Source: Prorocentrum cordatum (lineage: Eukaryota). From it: a DNA stretch of 56,943 nt. Below the pieces are notes generated by a model. The model did no database searches and was not told the DNA's origin. It worked only from the letters and a program-made list of their open reading frames with translations. The stretch spans positions 62,001-118,943 of the forward strand of contig CAUYUJ010000052.1 of NCBI GenBank assembly GCA_963575745.1. The letters are read 5' to 3'. Made by a program: the position numbers and the translations under genes. This document shows, piece by piece, positions 12,220-25,789 of this stretch (the stretch's first letter is position 1; each line of letters starts with the position of its first letter).

Positions 12220-13634
12220 GATGTGCACAGCGGCGCGCAGACGCCTCGCGCGAGAGAGACGCGCCTCGCGTACCACAACGGCTACGGCCGAGATGCATAT
12301 TGCGACTTAGTCGCACAATGCAATATCACATGATGCATCCCCCCTCTCACATTCGCACCGCCGTCGGCACCGACGACGTGGTTCGCCGCCGCCTCACATC
12401 ATCAACATCATCACCGTCACTGTCGTCATCGTCGGCATCATCATCATCATCATCGTCCGTCGTCATCACCATCATACTCATCATCGCAATCCGCCCCTCT
12501 TCCCCACCGCAGCATTCGTCGTATGCCATCCTGGAGATCCTTCCACAACATCAACGATGATCGCCGTCCCTACACCCGCCCTCTCATTCGTTGCACTCAG
12601 TTTGAACCACCTCCCGTGCCACACATCCTGTCCGTCCGCACTCTCCTCGCCATCGTTATCGCATGCTCCCACTCGTGGCCGTCGCCGTCGTCACCGTCGT
12701 CGCCGTCGTCGCCGCCGTCGCGCCCCGACCCCCCTGGCCGCGGAGGGGGCGCGCGCAGGACGGCGCCGCTCTGGAGGGGGTCGGCGCGCGACGGCGCCGC
12801 CGACGACGACGACGGCGCCGACGACAACGGCGGCGACGAAGACGACGACGACGACGACGGCGATGACGACGGCGACGAGGACGACGGCAACGGCAACGGC
12901 GACGGCGGCGGCGCCGGCGGCGGCGACCACGAGGGCAATGCGACACACCACAACGAGAAAACGAAATGACACGGGGCGGGGGGGGGGGGGCACATGAGCT
13001 CGAGCGAACGAGGACCTGGATATCTGATAGCGTCGACTGAACACTGGGAATGGGACGAGGCGGTGGAGGAGAGCTGGTGACGATGGCGACGGTGGCGAAG
13101 GTGGTGGTGACGGTGGTGACCGACGACGACGAAGACCGATTGCGGTGGTGGCGATGACGACACTGATGATGAGGCGATGAGGTGACGACGGGAAACGAGC
13201 GGCGGAAGATAGAAGCAACGAGGGAAGGACGATGGACGGATGATGAGCGAACGCTGGAGGACGACGATGGACGGGCGATGGGGGCAACAAAGGAGGGGCC
13301 ATGGAGGACGGGCTGCGGGGGCGATAATGCGAGGATGATGCTGCACCGTTTTTTTTGCGGCTCGTGGCCCCTGTGGCGGTGTTTATCTGCGCGCACGCCG
13401 TGGGGCTGATAACTATCATCGTGTCCACTTAAATTATCCACAACAGATGCACACCTGTGGGTTCTAGACAAGACGTCAACTACAGGAGCGGGAGGTGTAT
13501 ACTATCAACTGATCACGAACGACCCCAAATGCAAACCCGTCGACCGAAATTTCACCCCTGGAATGATCCAAGACCGCTCAAATCGTCGCCACCAGGACTC
13601 GCCACCAGGAAACTGTGATCCGACCACCCCGCTG

Positions 13635-13785
13635 TCGTATATGAGAAACTCATATACGACAACTTTGTCGTATATGAGTTTTTCATATACGACAGCGCTG
13701 TCGTCAACACTATCACACCGAGTTTGTCGTATATGAGTTTCTCATATACGACAGCGCTGTCGTATGTGAGAAACTCATATACGAC
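13635..13785. repeat. Four 27-bp palindromes GTCGTATATGAG-AAA/TTT-CTCATATACGAC
   Basis: Copies at 13635, 13667, 13726 and 13759 with the loop in mixed orientation. Confidence 0.9.
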
Positions 13786-14090
13786 AACTGAGCCTCTGAT
13801 CGCTTCAGAAGGAGGGGAGGGGGCAAACTGTTCTCGCAGTCGCGATTGCGGAGAGATCTGGAGGCAGCGCGTGAGCCTAGAATTAGCGATGAGCTGCCGT
13901 AACCTTAGCTGTAGCCCTTGGCCGCCGTCGTGGCAGCCCAAAGCCGCCTGTCGCTGCAGCCCTTGGCCGCCGTCGTCGTGGCAGCCCTTGCCGCCAGTCG
14001 CGGCAGCCCTTGCCGCCGTCGTGTCAGCCCGTGGCCACAGCTGTAGTAGCCACCGACGCGGCCCTTGCCACCGTCGCGGTAGCCACTGTC

Positions 14091-15259
14091 CTACGACAGG
14101 TTGGCATCGCGCCACGCGCGCTGGGCCTCCCTCCACACATGCGCGTGGAGCCTCTTGTTCCACTCGATGTACTTCATCTGCTGATAGTCGTAGCCATCGA
14201 AGCCCTCGACCAGCTCTTTCACCGCCAGGGCCTTGGCGAGGCGGATGTGCTTGCCACCGCGCGGCCGCGGGACGTAGTAGTCGTCGTCGCCGCCCTTGTG
14301 GCCGCTGCCCTTGCCACCATCGTAGTAGCCCTTGTGGCCGCTGCCCTTGCCACCGTCGTAGTAGCCCTTGTGGTCGCTGCCCTTGTCGCCGTCGTGGCCG
14401 CTGTCGTGGTAGCCGACGTCGTTCTGGCTGCTGTCGTAGTAGCGGCCACGCTTGCCGTAGTAGCTGCTGCTGTCGTGCTTGCCACCGTGCTTGCCACCGC
14501 TGTGGTAGTAGTCATCGTGCTTGCCACCGCTGTGGTAGTAGTCATCGCCCTTGCCACCGCTGTGGTAGTAGTGGTCGTCGCCCTCGCGCTCGTAGTAGCC
14601 ATAGCGCTTGCATGGGCGCTTCTTCGGCTGTGGCTCATCACCGTCGTAGTCGCGGCCCTTGCCACCGTCGTAGGCGCTGTCCTTGCCGCCGATGTAGTAG
14701 CCCATATCGCTGCCCTTGCCACTGGTGCCCCTGCCACCGTCATAGGCGCTGCCCTTGCCACCATAGTAGTAGCCCGTGCCGCTGCCCCTGCCGCCGTCGT
14801 AGGCGCTGTCCTTGCCACCGCTGTAGTAGCCCATGTCGCTGCCCTTGCCACTGTCGTAGCCGCTGCCCTTGCCACCGTCGTGCGCGCTGCCCTTGCCACC
14901 GTCGTGGTAGCCCATGTCGCCGTAATCGTCGTCGTCTTGAACGAAGTGCTGCAGGCCGTGCATCTGGTTCATGCTCGGGCTCATCGCGGGCGCCATGTCG
15001 AACATGTCGAGCAGCTGGTCCGCCGCGCACTGCCTCGCGTGCTCGGCGGCGGGGCGGTCGGCGGCGGCCGCGGCCCGTAGTGCTTCGCCTCAGGCGGGAC
15101 CGCAGGCTGCCGCGGCCCGAACTTCGACTTCGGCTTCAGCGGCGGCGGTGGCGCTGGCGGCCGCAGCGCTGGCTGCGGCTCGGCAGCGCCGCAGCCGCGG
15201 CGGCGGCGGTTGAGGTCCTCCGCCGCGTCCAGGAGGAGCGCCACCGCAGCTTCGTCCAT
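14091..15259 (-). pseudogene. GGKG/YYD low-complexity repeat protein (paralog 1), one frameshift
   Basis: MDEAAVALLLDAAEDL..Pro-rich segment (ORF 14981-15502) shifts frame near 15040 into ORF 14091-15005 with YYDGGKGS repeats and QQMKYIEWNK. SL-like motif at 15385-15408. Confidence 0.6.
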
Positions 15260-15384
15260 GGCGCTGGTGCTGCTGCGCGTGGTGCGATGCTGGTTGCGCG
15301 GGTGCTGCTGCGCGTGGTGCGCTGCTGGTTGCGCTGGTGGGGCTGCGCGTGGCGCAGCGCCGCACTGGCGCGAAGGCCCAAACG

Positions 15385-15408
15385 CTTGGGCCTGAAAAGT
15401 GGCAACGG
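15385..15408 (-). promoter_or_regulatory. SL-like sequence with small insertions
   Basis: CCGTTGCCA(C)TTTT(CA)GGCCCAAG vs CCGTAGCCATTTTGGCTCAAG. Confidence 0.65.
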
Positions 15409-15628
15409 ATGAGGATATGGAGGTGAGGCTGCTGAGGATGGTCGATGCAATCGTATGCAACATGCGTGTACTGTCCTTTTTTTCTGCGCCGTGCAATCCC
15501 ATGCGGTGTACCGCAACGCATGCGTGTTGCTATACTAGCTGCATGCACCCCCTAATACAAAAGTGAAACACTAGGGGCGGCCGGCGGCAGACGACGGGCG
15601 ACGGGCGACGGACGCCGACGACGGACGC

Positions 15629-15662
<34 letters not shown>

Positions 15663-15762
15663 ACGACTGAGGGGTTCACCGCCGTTTGTGCTCAATTCCG
15701 AGGCCCCATGCAGGGCCACGTCCCCCCAGCGGCCCTCCCAGGGCCCATCGGGGGACATCCAT

Positions 15763-16876
15763 ATGCCATGGATCCCAAGGTCCCTCGAGGACCATCTCGC
15801 GAGCCGCGGTGATGGCACCGCGTTCGACGAGAGGATCCCCGATGCCATCGCGAGGTCAGCGATTTCGGCGGCGTTCGCCGAGCTGAACGAGGAGCTTGGA
15901 ACGAGAAAGGGGAACGGAGGGGATGAGAAGGGGTGGATGGATAGGGTTCATAGCACATACCCCCCATAAGGAGTTGAAGCGCCAGTGCCAACGCGCAGGC
16001 GACGCAGAGCGCGAGACGAAGAGGCTGAAGCTGGAGATGCACAGCGGCTGCAGCGGCCACAAGGGCGGTGACGACGACCACAAGGGCAGTGGCGACAGCA
16101 GCGGCCACAAGGGCGATGACTACAACCACAGCGGTGGCAAGGGCAGCGACCACAAGGGCGACGACTACTACCGCGACGGCGGCAAGGGCAGCGACATTGG
16201 CTACTACGACGGTGGCAAGTGCAGCGACGACGGCTACTACGACGGCGGCAAGGGCTTCGATGGCTACGACTATGGCAAGGGCAGCAATGGCTACTACGAC
16301 AGCGGCAAGCACGACAGCGGCAAGGGCAGCAATGGCTACTACGACGGTGGCAAGGGCAGCGATGGCTACTACGACTATGGCCAGGGCAGCACGGGCTACT
16401 ACGACGGCGGCAAGGGCAGCGATCAGCAATGGCTACGACGGCAGCAGACGAAGTACATCGAGTGGAAGCAGAAAAATAGTGTGCAGGGCGGCAACTATGA
16501 CGGTGACAAGGGCAGCGGGTACGACGGCGGCACGGGCTGCCACGACGGCGACAAGGGCTACCACGACGGCGGCAAGGGCTACCACGACGGCGGCAATGGC
16601 AACTACGACGGCGGCAAGGTCTGCAACACCTACGACGGTGACACGCCCGCGGGCAGCGACACGGGCTACTACGACGGTGGAGGCAGCGACTACGACGGTG
16701 GCAAGGGCGGCGCCTACGACTGTGGCAAGGACAGTGACAAGGGCATCGACGCCCGCAGTGACAAGAGTGCGGACGACAGCATCGCGAGCGTTGCCGCGAG
16801 CAAGGTCACTGGCGCTTCTGACTCAGATGTGATGGTGCACGATTCTGGCACTCCAGACTCTGATAGTTCGGACTGA
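15763..16876 (+). CDS. GGKG/YYD low-complexity repeat protein (paralog 2), two exons (15763-15891, 15971-16876)
   Basis: ATG at 15763. A 79-bp GA-AG intron (15892-15970, AG|G at both junctions) joins ..AFAELNE|ELKRQCQR.. in frame. YYDGGKGS repeats and QQTKYIEWKQ. SL-like GCCGTTTGTGCTCAA at 15681-15695. Confidence 0.65.
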
Positions 16877-16962
16877 TGCTCGAGGAGCGATACAGAAAAG
16901 GGAGAGGGATGGGGATGAGAGGGGGGTCAGACGGTGAGCGAGCGAGCGCGTGCTAGTCGCGA

Positions 16963-17896
16963 TCACTCGGCCGCGTTCTCTGGATCGACGCCGCGCGTAG
17001 GCGAATCTTCGCCAGGTTGGCCAGCAGGCGAACCGTCGCCATCATCATCGTCAACCATATCGTTCCCCTCGGTGGCAGCTGATGTTGCACCGAAGACTTT
17101 GTGCAGCTTGAGCGATGTATACGGGTTCCCAATCGTCGACTTTAGATTGCACCCGTTGCGGCACGCCGTCTGTACCACGTATCGTCATGAACGCTGTCTT
17201 GCGACGCTTGTCGCAAAATACGCAAGTGGCGCCACACGTGGAACTGGCTCGCTTCTCTCGGTCATGCGCGTCGATCGCTGCAGCCACCGCTGCAACGCGC
17301 ACGTACTCCATAGCAGCAGGTACACACTCGATCGAGACCTTCTTGCACGCCTTTAACTCGAACAGAAACGTCAACGTGATAGCATCGTGCTTCAAGTGCT
17401 GGCCGCCGTGCGTGCACTCCACCGCCGGGAACGATGCAGTCACGGTCTCTGGCATCAGAGATGCATCGAGTATACCCCGATTGATCGTGACGATCGAGGC
17501 CTTATCGGCATCGTCCTGAAGCAACGGGTCTGTCTCTTTCATGTGTTGCCAGATCGCATCGTCACATGCGGCGCTCCTCATCTTCATCAGATCACCAAAG
17601 AAAGCGTTGTGCGCTAGGGGAGCGTTTGACTTTGCGGGGTTCGGGGCTCCGATGAAGTTCTTAAGCTTGCGATCGCTCTTCGGCAGCCCCAAGAATAGCG
17701 AACCAGCCGCTTGGATAATCTGTCTGGGGGCCCATGGGTCTTTCAATGCACCCCCCTCGATGACAGTGCGCATGTGCACAGTCACGGGCGTGATTGCAAA
17801 CCAAAGCTCGAGTGGAAACGCATACGGACAAGGCAACGATTGCCGACGTCCATGCGGCATGCGAGCGATAACTCATGGCACTGCGTTTGCCGCCAT
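16963..17896 (-). pseudogene. Cargo: unknown ~300-aa protein
   Basis: Complex protein-like ORF 17051-17860. The upstream ATG (~17896) is separated from it by an in-frame TGA. The acidic tail lies in shifted frame 16963-17178. Confidence 0.55.
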
Positions 17897-17973
17897 GGGA
17901 AAAAAGCGACGTTTTGCAAATGGCCATATTGCAATCGAACGCGCGTTTACTGCATAGATGTATGCATACAACG

Positions 17974-20459
17974 TCACTCCCTAGACTTCTTCACTGCGGG
18001 CGCAGGCGCATCCTCAGCCTTGCGCTTTGGCATAAACGATGCCAGCGGTGCGATCAGCGCGTCTCCCTTCGTGACGTCGCTTTTGTTGGTCAGCACCTGC
18101 GCAGACACAGACGGCGTCACATCGGACTTCATGGTCGCGACCTTCATGTTTGCATTGAGTTCGGGGGTCGACTCCTGCACGAACCAAAATGGAATGACTG
18201 AGGAGCCAGGGGCCTTTGTCAGCCCCCCTACACCCGCATTCGCCTGCACCTTGGGCATCTTCGCGCCGCCAGTGGGGAGCAACGCGACGTTGGAAATGGC
18301 GCCTTTGAAGTCCTTGTACGACTTCGCAAACGCGCTCCCGTTTGGTGAGTCCTCGTTGGATTTCTTCACGACGATGCTCGAAGTGAGTGGGGCAAGCACT
18401 ATCTCTCCTGTTTTGAATGCGCGCGTGGCAGTGATAGACCGATACTTAACAGGCGATGTTACGCCAGTGATGCCCCTCAAGCAATCTGAATGCTGGGCGT
18501 GCATGTCGTCCAAGGCGATTCTGATTTTCGCCTCCTCAATTGACCGCTGCCAGCCGGCGCTCATCATGGGGCCGTGGTCAGCAAACTTTTCGATTATTTC
18601 CTGGGAAGGATGGGGGGGGGGGGCATGCGAGAGGCATAGCGCTGGATGGGCGAATGGATTGTTAAAAATACATAGAGCGGGGGACGCATAGACAGAGAGC
18701 GAGCGGGGGAACGAGAGAGGGATGGGGATAATGATATATGTATAGAGATGGATAGACAGATGAAATAGAGGACGGGTATATATATAGAGAGAGAGAGGTG
18801 TCGTCAAAACAATTGAAGGCCGGGTTGCGACGAGATCGCATGTTGCCCTAGCTGTCCTTAGTCGTGCTCGAGACGTACTTCCCATTTAGCATCTCGTCAA
18901 TGCTCTCAACCACTGTCTTACTCCCGATCATCAACTTCACGCCCTTCGCATCGACCCCAACGAACTCGAACGCGCTGTCCCTGTCGTCGCCCTTCGCCAA
19001 GCAGAGCTTTGCTTTCGACGCGAAGCCTCTCTCCGACAACTTATCTGCCTGGTTGGACCATGCGCCTGTCGCAGTATACTCCTTCACACCCGAGCTTGTA
19101 GCCGTTTTGGGCGCTGCTGCAGGGGCGGCCATGACCCCCCATGGGCTGTCCACTGGTTTGCCCACGTGCGTTGCCAACGCAGTACAGAAGCTGGCGACAA
19201 TATCTGGCAACGTTTTGGCGCTGCCCAACCGTTCATCTGGTTTGTTGAATGCGAAGTGCACGACGCGAACATCAGTCAACCCTGCGATGGTGCCGTATGC
19301 GAGCGTGTCTGGCGTAACGCCTCGGTCGTTTGCGATCTCTCACACCTTCTGCAAGAACTCATCCGCATGCAGAACAAGTGTAGCCTTCTTGTCACCAGAC
19401 AGCGCGGACACGTCCTGGCCTTAAGAGCATCTGATGGCCGTCCCTGGCGCACTTGCCACTCGCGGCCGCCGTGGCTTTCATGCGCGCGAGTTCGAATGTC
19501 ACCGCAGCCCCCTCGTTTTTGATCTTCACTTCGGCGAGGCTCTTCGCCATGGCGCCTGTGACCACGCACTGGGCAGTTAATTGCCGCGAGAAGTCCCGCA
19601 ATTCGCCGGGGCAAATTGGCCCGCCCAAACCACCCGACATCTCTTTCACATACGTTACCAATCCGTCGATTTCCCCAGGGAAGAGGGAACCCGCGCGAGT
19701 CGCCTCTTGAATGACCCTCGGCCAATCGATCTTGTCCTTGATTTGCCAAACGGTTCGCAATGGATGCGATCTTGAACTTCAGGCTCAATCGGGGCACGCA
19801 GCGCGCGATCTGTTGCCCCGCATTGCCTGCTCCCTGGGCAAGGTTTGAAATCCAATGGGAACGCTTTGACAAATCCATGCCGAAAGACCTTCCACTCAAT
19901 GCCCTCATCGCAAGCCTTTGCGTAGTCGGGCTGCGCTTCCCTCAACCTCGTCATTGGCAGAAACCCATATTGTGAAATCCTGTCGAATCGTTCTGGATCG
20001 TGCTGCGGCACAAACAACGCAGACCCATGCTCGTATGTCCACGCGTGTAGCTTGCGAATTTAGCTTCGCATTAATAAAGGCATTTGGCCAGCAGAATCTT
20101 TCATTAACTTATCGCTGAACGCTTTGACCTTCTCATATTCCGCCGAGCATGTTTGCAATTCCATGCGCGCTGGATTTTGAAGGGCCGAGTTCTTGAAACC
20201 GTTCCTGAATATTTTTACGATAAAATCTAGCACATCGCTCGGGACAACCCCATCCCCATGCCTGTTTTCCATGCACACGAACATGTATTTGCTATGAATC
20301 CCCTCCATCCTGATGCAATCGATGCCAGGCCGCTGCGCCATGGCGCATACCTCTTCGAACAAAGAAACAACGGGGGGCGCCTGGCTGCTCATGCGCAGCC
20401 TTGATTGCATGCATCTCCCCAACAACATTCTGCATGTTCAGTTCACGCTCGGAGGTCAT
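17974..20459 (-). pseudogene. Cargo: large protein with putative N-terminal ParB/Srx-like domain and C-terminal SET-like domain
   Basis: Chain of ORFs 20292-20480, 20060-20428, 19655-20017, 19392-19760, 18848-19279, 17974-18885. N-terminal motifs VCMENRHGDG..DVLDFIVKIFRNGF..P and FASYTRGHTSMGLR. C-terminal motifs ITATRAFKTGEIVL, PFWFV..NANM, VLTNKSDVTKGDAL. In-frame GA-AG intron at 18601-18856. Confidence 0.6.
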
Positions 20460-20485
20460 GGCGCCTCGCGCGGAAACCACCTCTG

Positions 20486-20506
20486 TTGAGCCAAAAGCCT
20501 ACACGG
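20486..20506 (-). promoter_or_regulatory. SL-like sequence upstream of the ParB/SET-like gene
   Basis: CCGTGTAGGCTTTTGGCTCAA, ending 26 nt before the ATG at 20459. Confidence 0.65.
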
Positions 20507-20900
20507 CGCATGCATATGTATGCAAATGAACATTGCAATCTTGCAATAACACCCTTCGAAATTCACGAATGAATTGCACCGGTCGCACTCGCATGGGGGG
20601 AGTCAGGCAACACTCTAGCAACGCCATGCCGAAACACGAATAGCAACATTGAAAAAGAACTAAACACCAGGGAAACCAGCCTACACGTCATGGCTTTTGC
20701 CAACATATGCTGAAAGTTAGCAGAGTTGCTGAGTTTTCTAACTCCGCGTAACAAGATTAAACAGAGGGACCAAGTTAGGGAAGTGAGTAAGTTTATAACC
20801 TAGTTATAACAACTTATACTTACTTATAACAGACATATAACATAGTTATACCATGGTTATAACTCACGGTAACACTTATTAACCACGCCGATCATTTAGG

Positions 20901-21690
20901 TGATCCCTCTGGACCCTGTAGATATCCCATACCCCTGTAGGGTCCTATTCGAAGTCCTACACAGATCCGATCGAGATTCCTATGGGGTCACTTAAGGAGC
21001 CCTATACAGATGTCTTAGAGATCCTAGAAATGCATCCCCATAGGACTCCTTTTCAGGACCCCGTAGAGACCCTATACAATTCCCTACAAAGTCCCTTCCG
21101 GAGACCTATCGGAATCCGATGGAGTTCCCAATCGAGCCCCTTTTGGAACCCGATGGAGACCCTATTGAGATCCCTGGAAGGTCACTGTTGGATCCCTATA
21201 GAACCCTGTAGAGATTCCTAGAAAAGGATTCTTTAAGGATCCCTATGGAGACCCTATAGAGTTTCCCAAACGGCTCTTTAGGATCCATATAGAAACCATA
21301 TAGAGACCATGAGGATCCCGCTGGGATCCCGATAGGGTCCCATAGATACCGTATAAGATCCCACTAGGACCCCTACTGGATCACTATAGGGCCCCAATAG
21401 GATCTCTATAGAGAGTCAGAAGGGCCTGAAAGGTCGCCAGCGGCTCCCTGCAGGATCCGTTGAGGATCCCTATAGAGACCCTATGGAGATCCTGGGGGGC
21501 CTGAAAGGCTCTACAGGATCCCTTTCGGATCCGCAAAGAGACCGTATACAGATCCTGCAGGGCTTGCAAAAGTCTCTACAGGATCCCGATGGAAACCCTC
21601 AAGAGATCCCTATAGGATTATTATAGAGAACCTGCAGGGCCTGCGCGGTCCCTATAAGATCCCGATAGAGAACCCCGCAGAACCCCTACA
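20901..21690. repeat. GATCCCTATAG-type satellite (right flank)
   Basis: Same motif vocabulary as 6110-6646. Confidence 0.85.
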
Positions 21691-21908
21691 TAAATACAAG
21701 TAGTCGTGGCACTGGCAGTAGCAGTATGTAGTACACTTTATACGATTCGTACTCGTAGTATTACTACTACTCAGACTACTGGTAATATTTCTAATACCAG
21801 TAGCGCTAGTAGTACTGGTAATACTAGTAGTAGGTGGGTTGAGGTTGCTGGGTTGCTGGTTGCTGGGGGTGGTGTGGGGGGGGGGGGGCCTTCAAACCCG
21901 CCTTGACC

Positions 21909-21950
<42 letters not shown>

Positions 21951-22832
21951 TACTAGCACGTGGGGACACTCCGTTCTCACCAGTGCCAGGGTTTTCATAG
22001 GAGGCGGGCAATACCCCCACTTTGTGGGGGGGCCGGTTCAAGCTCTACCAAATTTCCAAACGACTCTTCGCCACCACCCACACCCAGCTTCCCGCCCTAT
22101 GACGTTCGGACACTTCACTTCGTGGCCTGCGGACGACCTTGGCTACTACACTGGCGCATGGGTACAGTGACTTGTTGTGGTAACATTTTCTGTAAGCTAG
22201 CTTAGTATACGACTTTTCCCCCTGTTCCAACACTGGACACCTGTACTGGACCTACGGTGCGATTCGTGCGATTTTATGATACGCGGTGCTGAAATTCTTA
22301 AGAAACCCAATGGTGTTTGAAGATTTCGGCGTGCGCGCGCGAAGAAAAAACGAATGTGTCCCATATGGTATTATTTGACAGGGATGATGGCCCTGGCATG
22401 CGCGCAACCGTTGTTGCAGAAGTTCGAAGCACGTGAAAAAGTTGCTCGCAAGAGCCCGTTTGACAGAAATGTTGAAAAAGTATTGGGTTTCCTAAGAAAT
22501 CCGCAAGAGCGCGCGGGATGAATTTTTGAAACTTTTTTTTTGAAAAACCATTGGGTTTTTCATGTTTTTATGTTAAAATCGCTACGAAAACTAAGGTTTT
22601 GGAAGGATTTCATCTTGCGCGCGCGAGTGTGCACTTCGTGTCATTTTTTGCAAAGGATTCTTGAAGTTTGGTTATGTTAGAACAAGACATGTCATTTTAT
22701 ATTGTTTTTTGACAGGGAAAGCGGGCGTCAACAAAACAACCGGATCCGGACTCCCCCGTTTTGCCTGAGACTTCCTCACGAAAATGATGAAAATGTGGCT
22801 GCGGCCTAGGCGCGGCGAGGGGGGCGTGCACC

Positions 22833-25300
<2,468 letters not shown>

Positions 25301-25789
25301 ACGCAACAAGCATAATTCTCCCCACGAGTCCCCAATTCAGCCACGCACCCAGGGGCAATAAATGACCGTTCGGCCCCCTCACTCTGACAAGGCACATATA
25401 TTCAACTAGAACCATGCGCGCGCTTCGCGCGTGCTTCGGTTCTAGCCAAGCTCAGGGACGGGATTTGCTGTGAAGCTACCATGAAGCAGAACGCCACAAA
25501 AAAAAGTATATGCACGAGGACATATGGAGTCAACTAGAGGGGGACAGGGGAGGAGGGAAGCCTAAGTGTGTTTCTTTGGGGCGTCGGATGGCCGCGGCCG
25601 ATACTACTTCTAATCGCATGAACGGGTTCGCGCAGAGTGAGGGCGTACAGAACAAGGCGCACAAGAGGGATGGTGCAGAGCAGGGCTTGGCCATGCGAGG
25701 TCCAAGCAATAGCCCACGCGAGGAAGGTGCACGACGCGAGCACCGCTGAGATATCCAAACGCTTCGGAGGTGGTGTGGCCCTGCCCCAT

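Larger units (their letters stand above)
12340..16926. mobile_element. Possible nested 4.6-kb element with CCCCCTCTCA...TGAGAGGGGGG ends
   Basis: Short inverted termini, possible 2-bp TC duplication (12338-12339 and 16927-16928), higher GC and more microsatellite than the host element. It interrupts an otherwise all-minus-strand gene run. Confidence 0.4.
6647..20900 (-). mobile_element. 14.25-kb cargo-carrying CACTA/EnSpm(CMC)-like DNA transposon
   Basis: Left end CCTGAAAGGAACGCTTCGGTTAGTAA vs reverse complement of right end CCT-AAATGATCGGCGTGGTTAATAA (18/26). TG at 6645-6646 and 20901-20902 (2-bp TSD). GTTATAAC subterminal repeats at both ends. Same satellite on both flanks. Internal DDE transposase. 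Confidence 0.8.

Noticed and set aside
13635..13785. CRISPR-like palindromic repeats
   Set aside because: Spacers are 5, 32 and 6 bp with orientation flips, there are no cas genes, and the context is eukaryotic.
13724..15412. 562-aa Cys/Arg-rich plus-strand ORF
   Set aside because: Antisense shadow of the GGKG-repeat gene on the minus strand.
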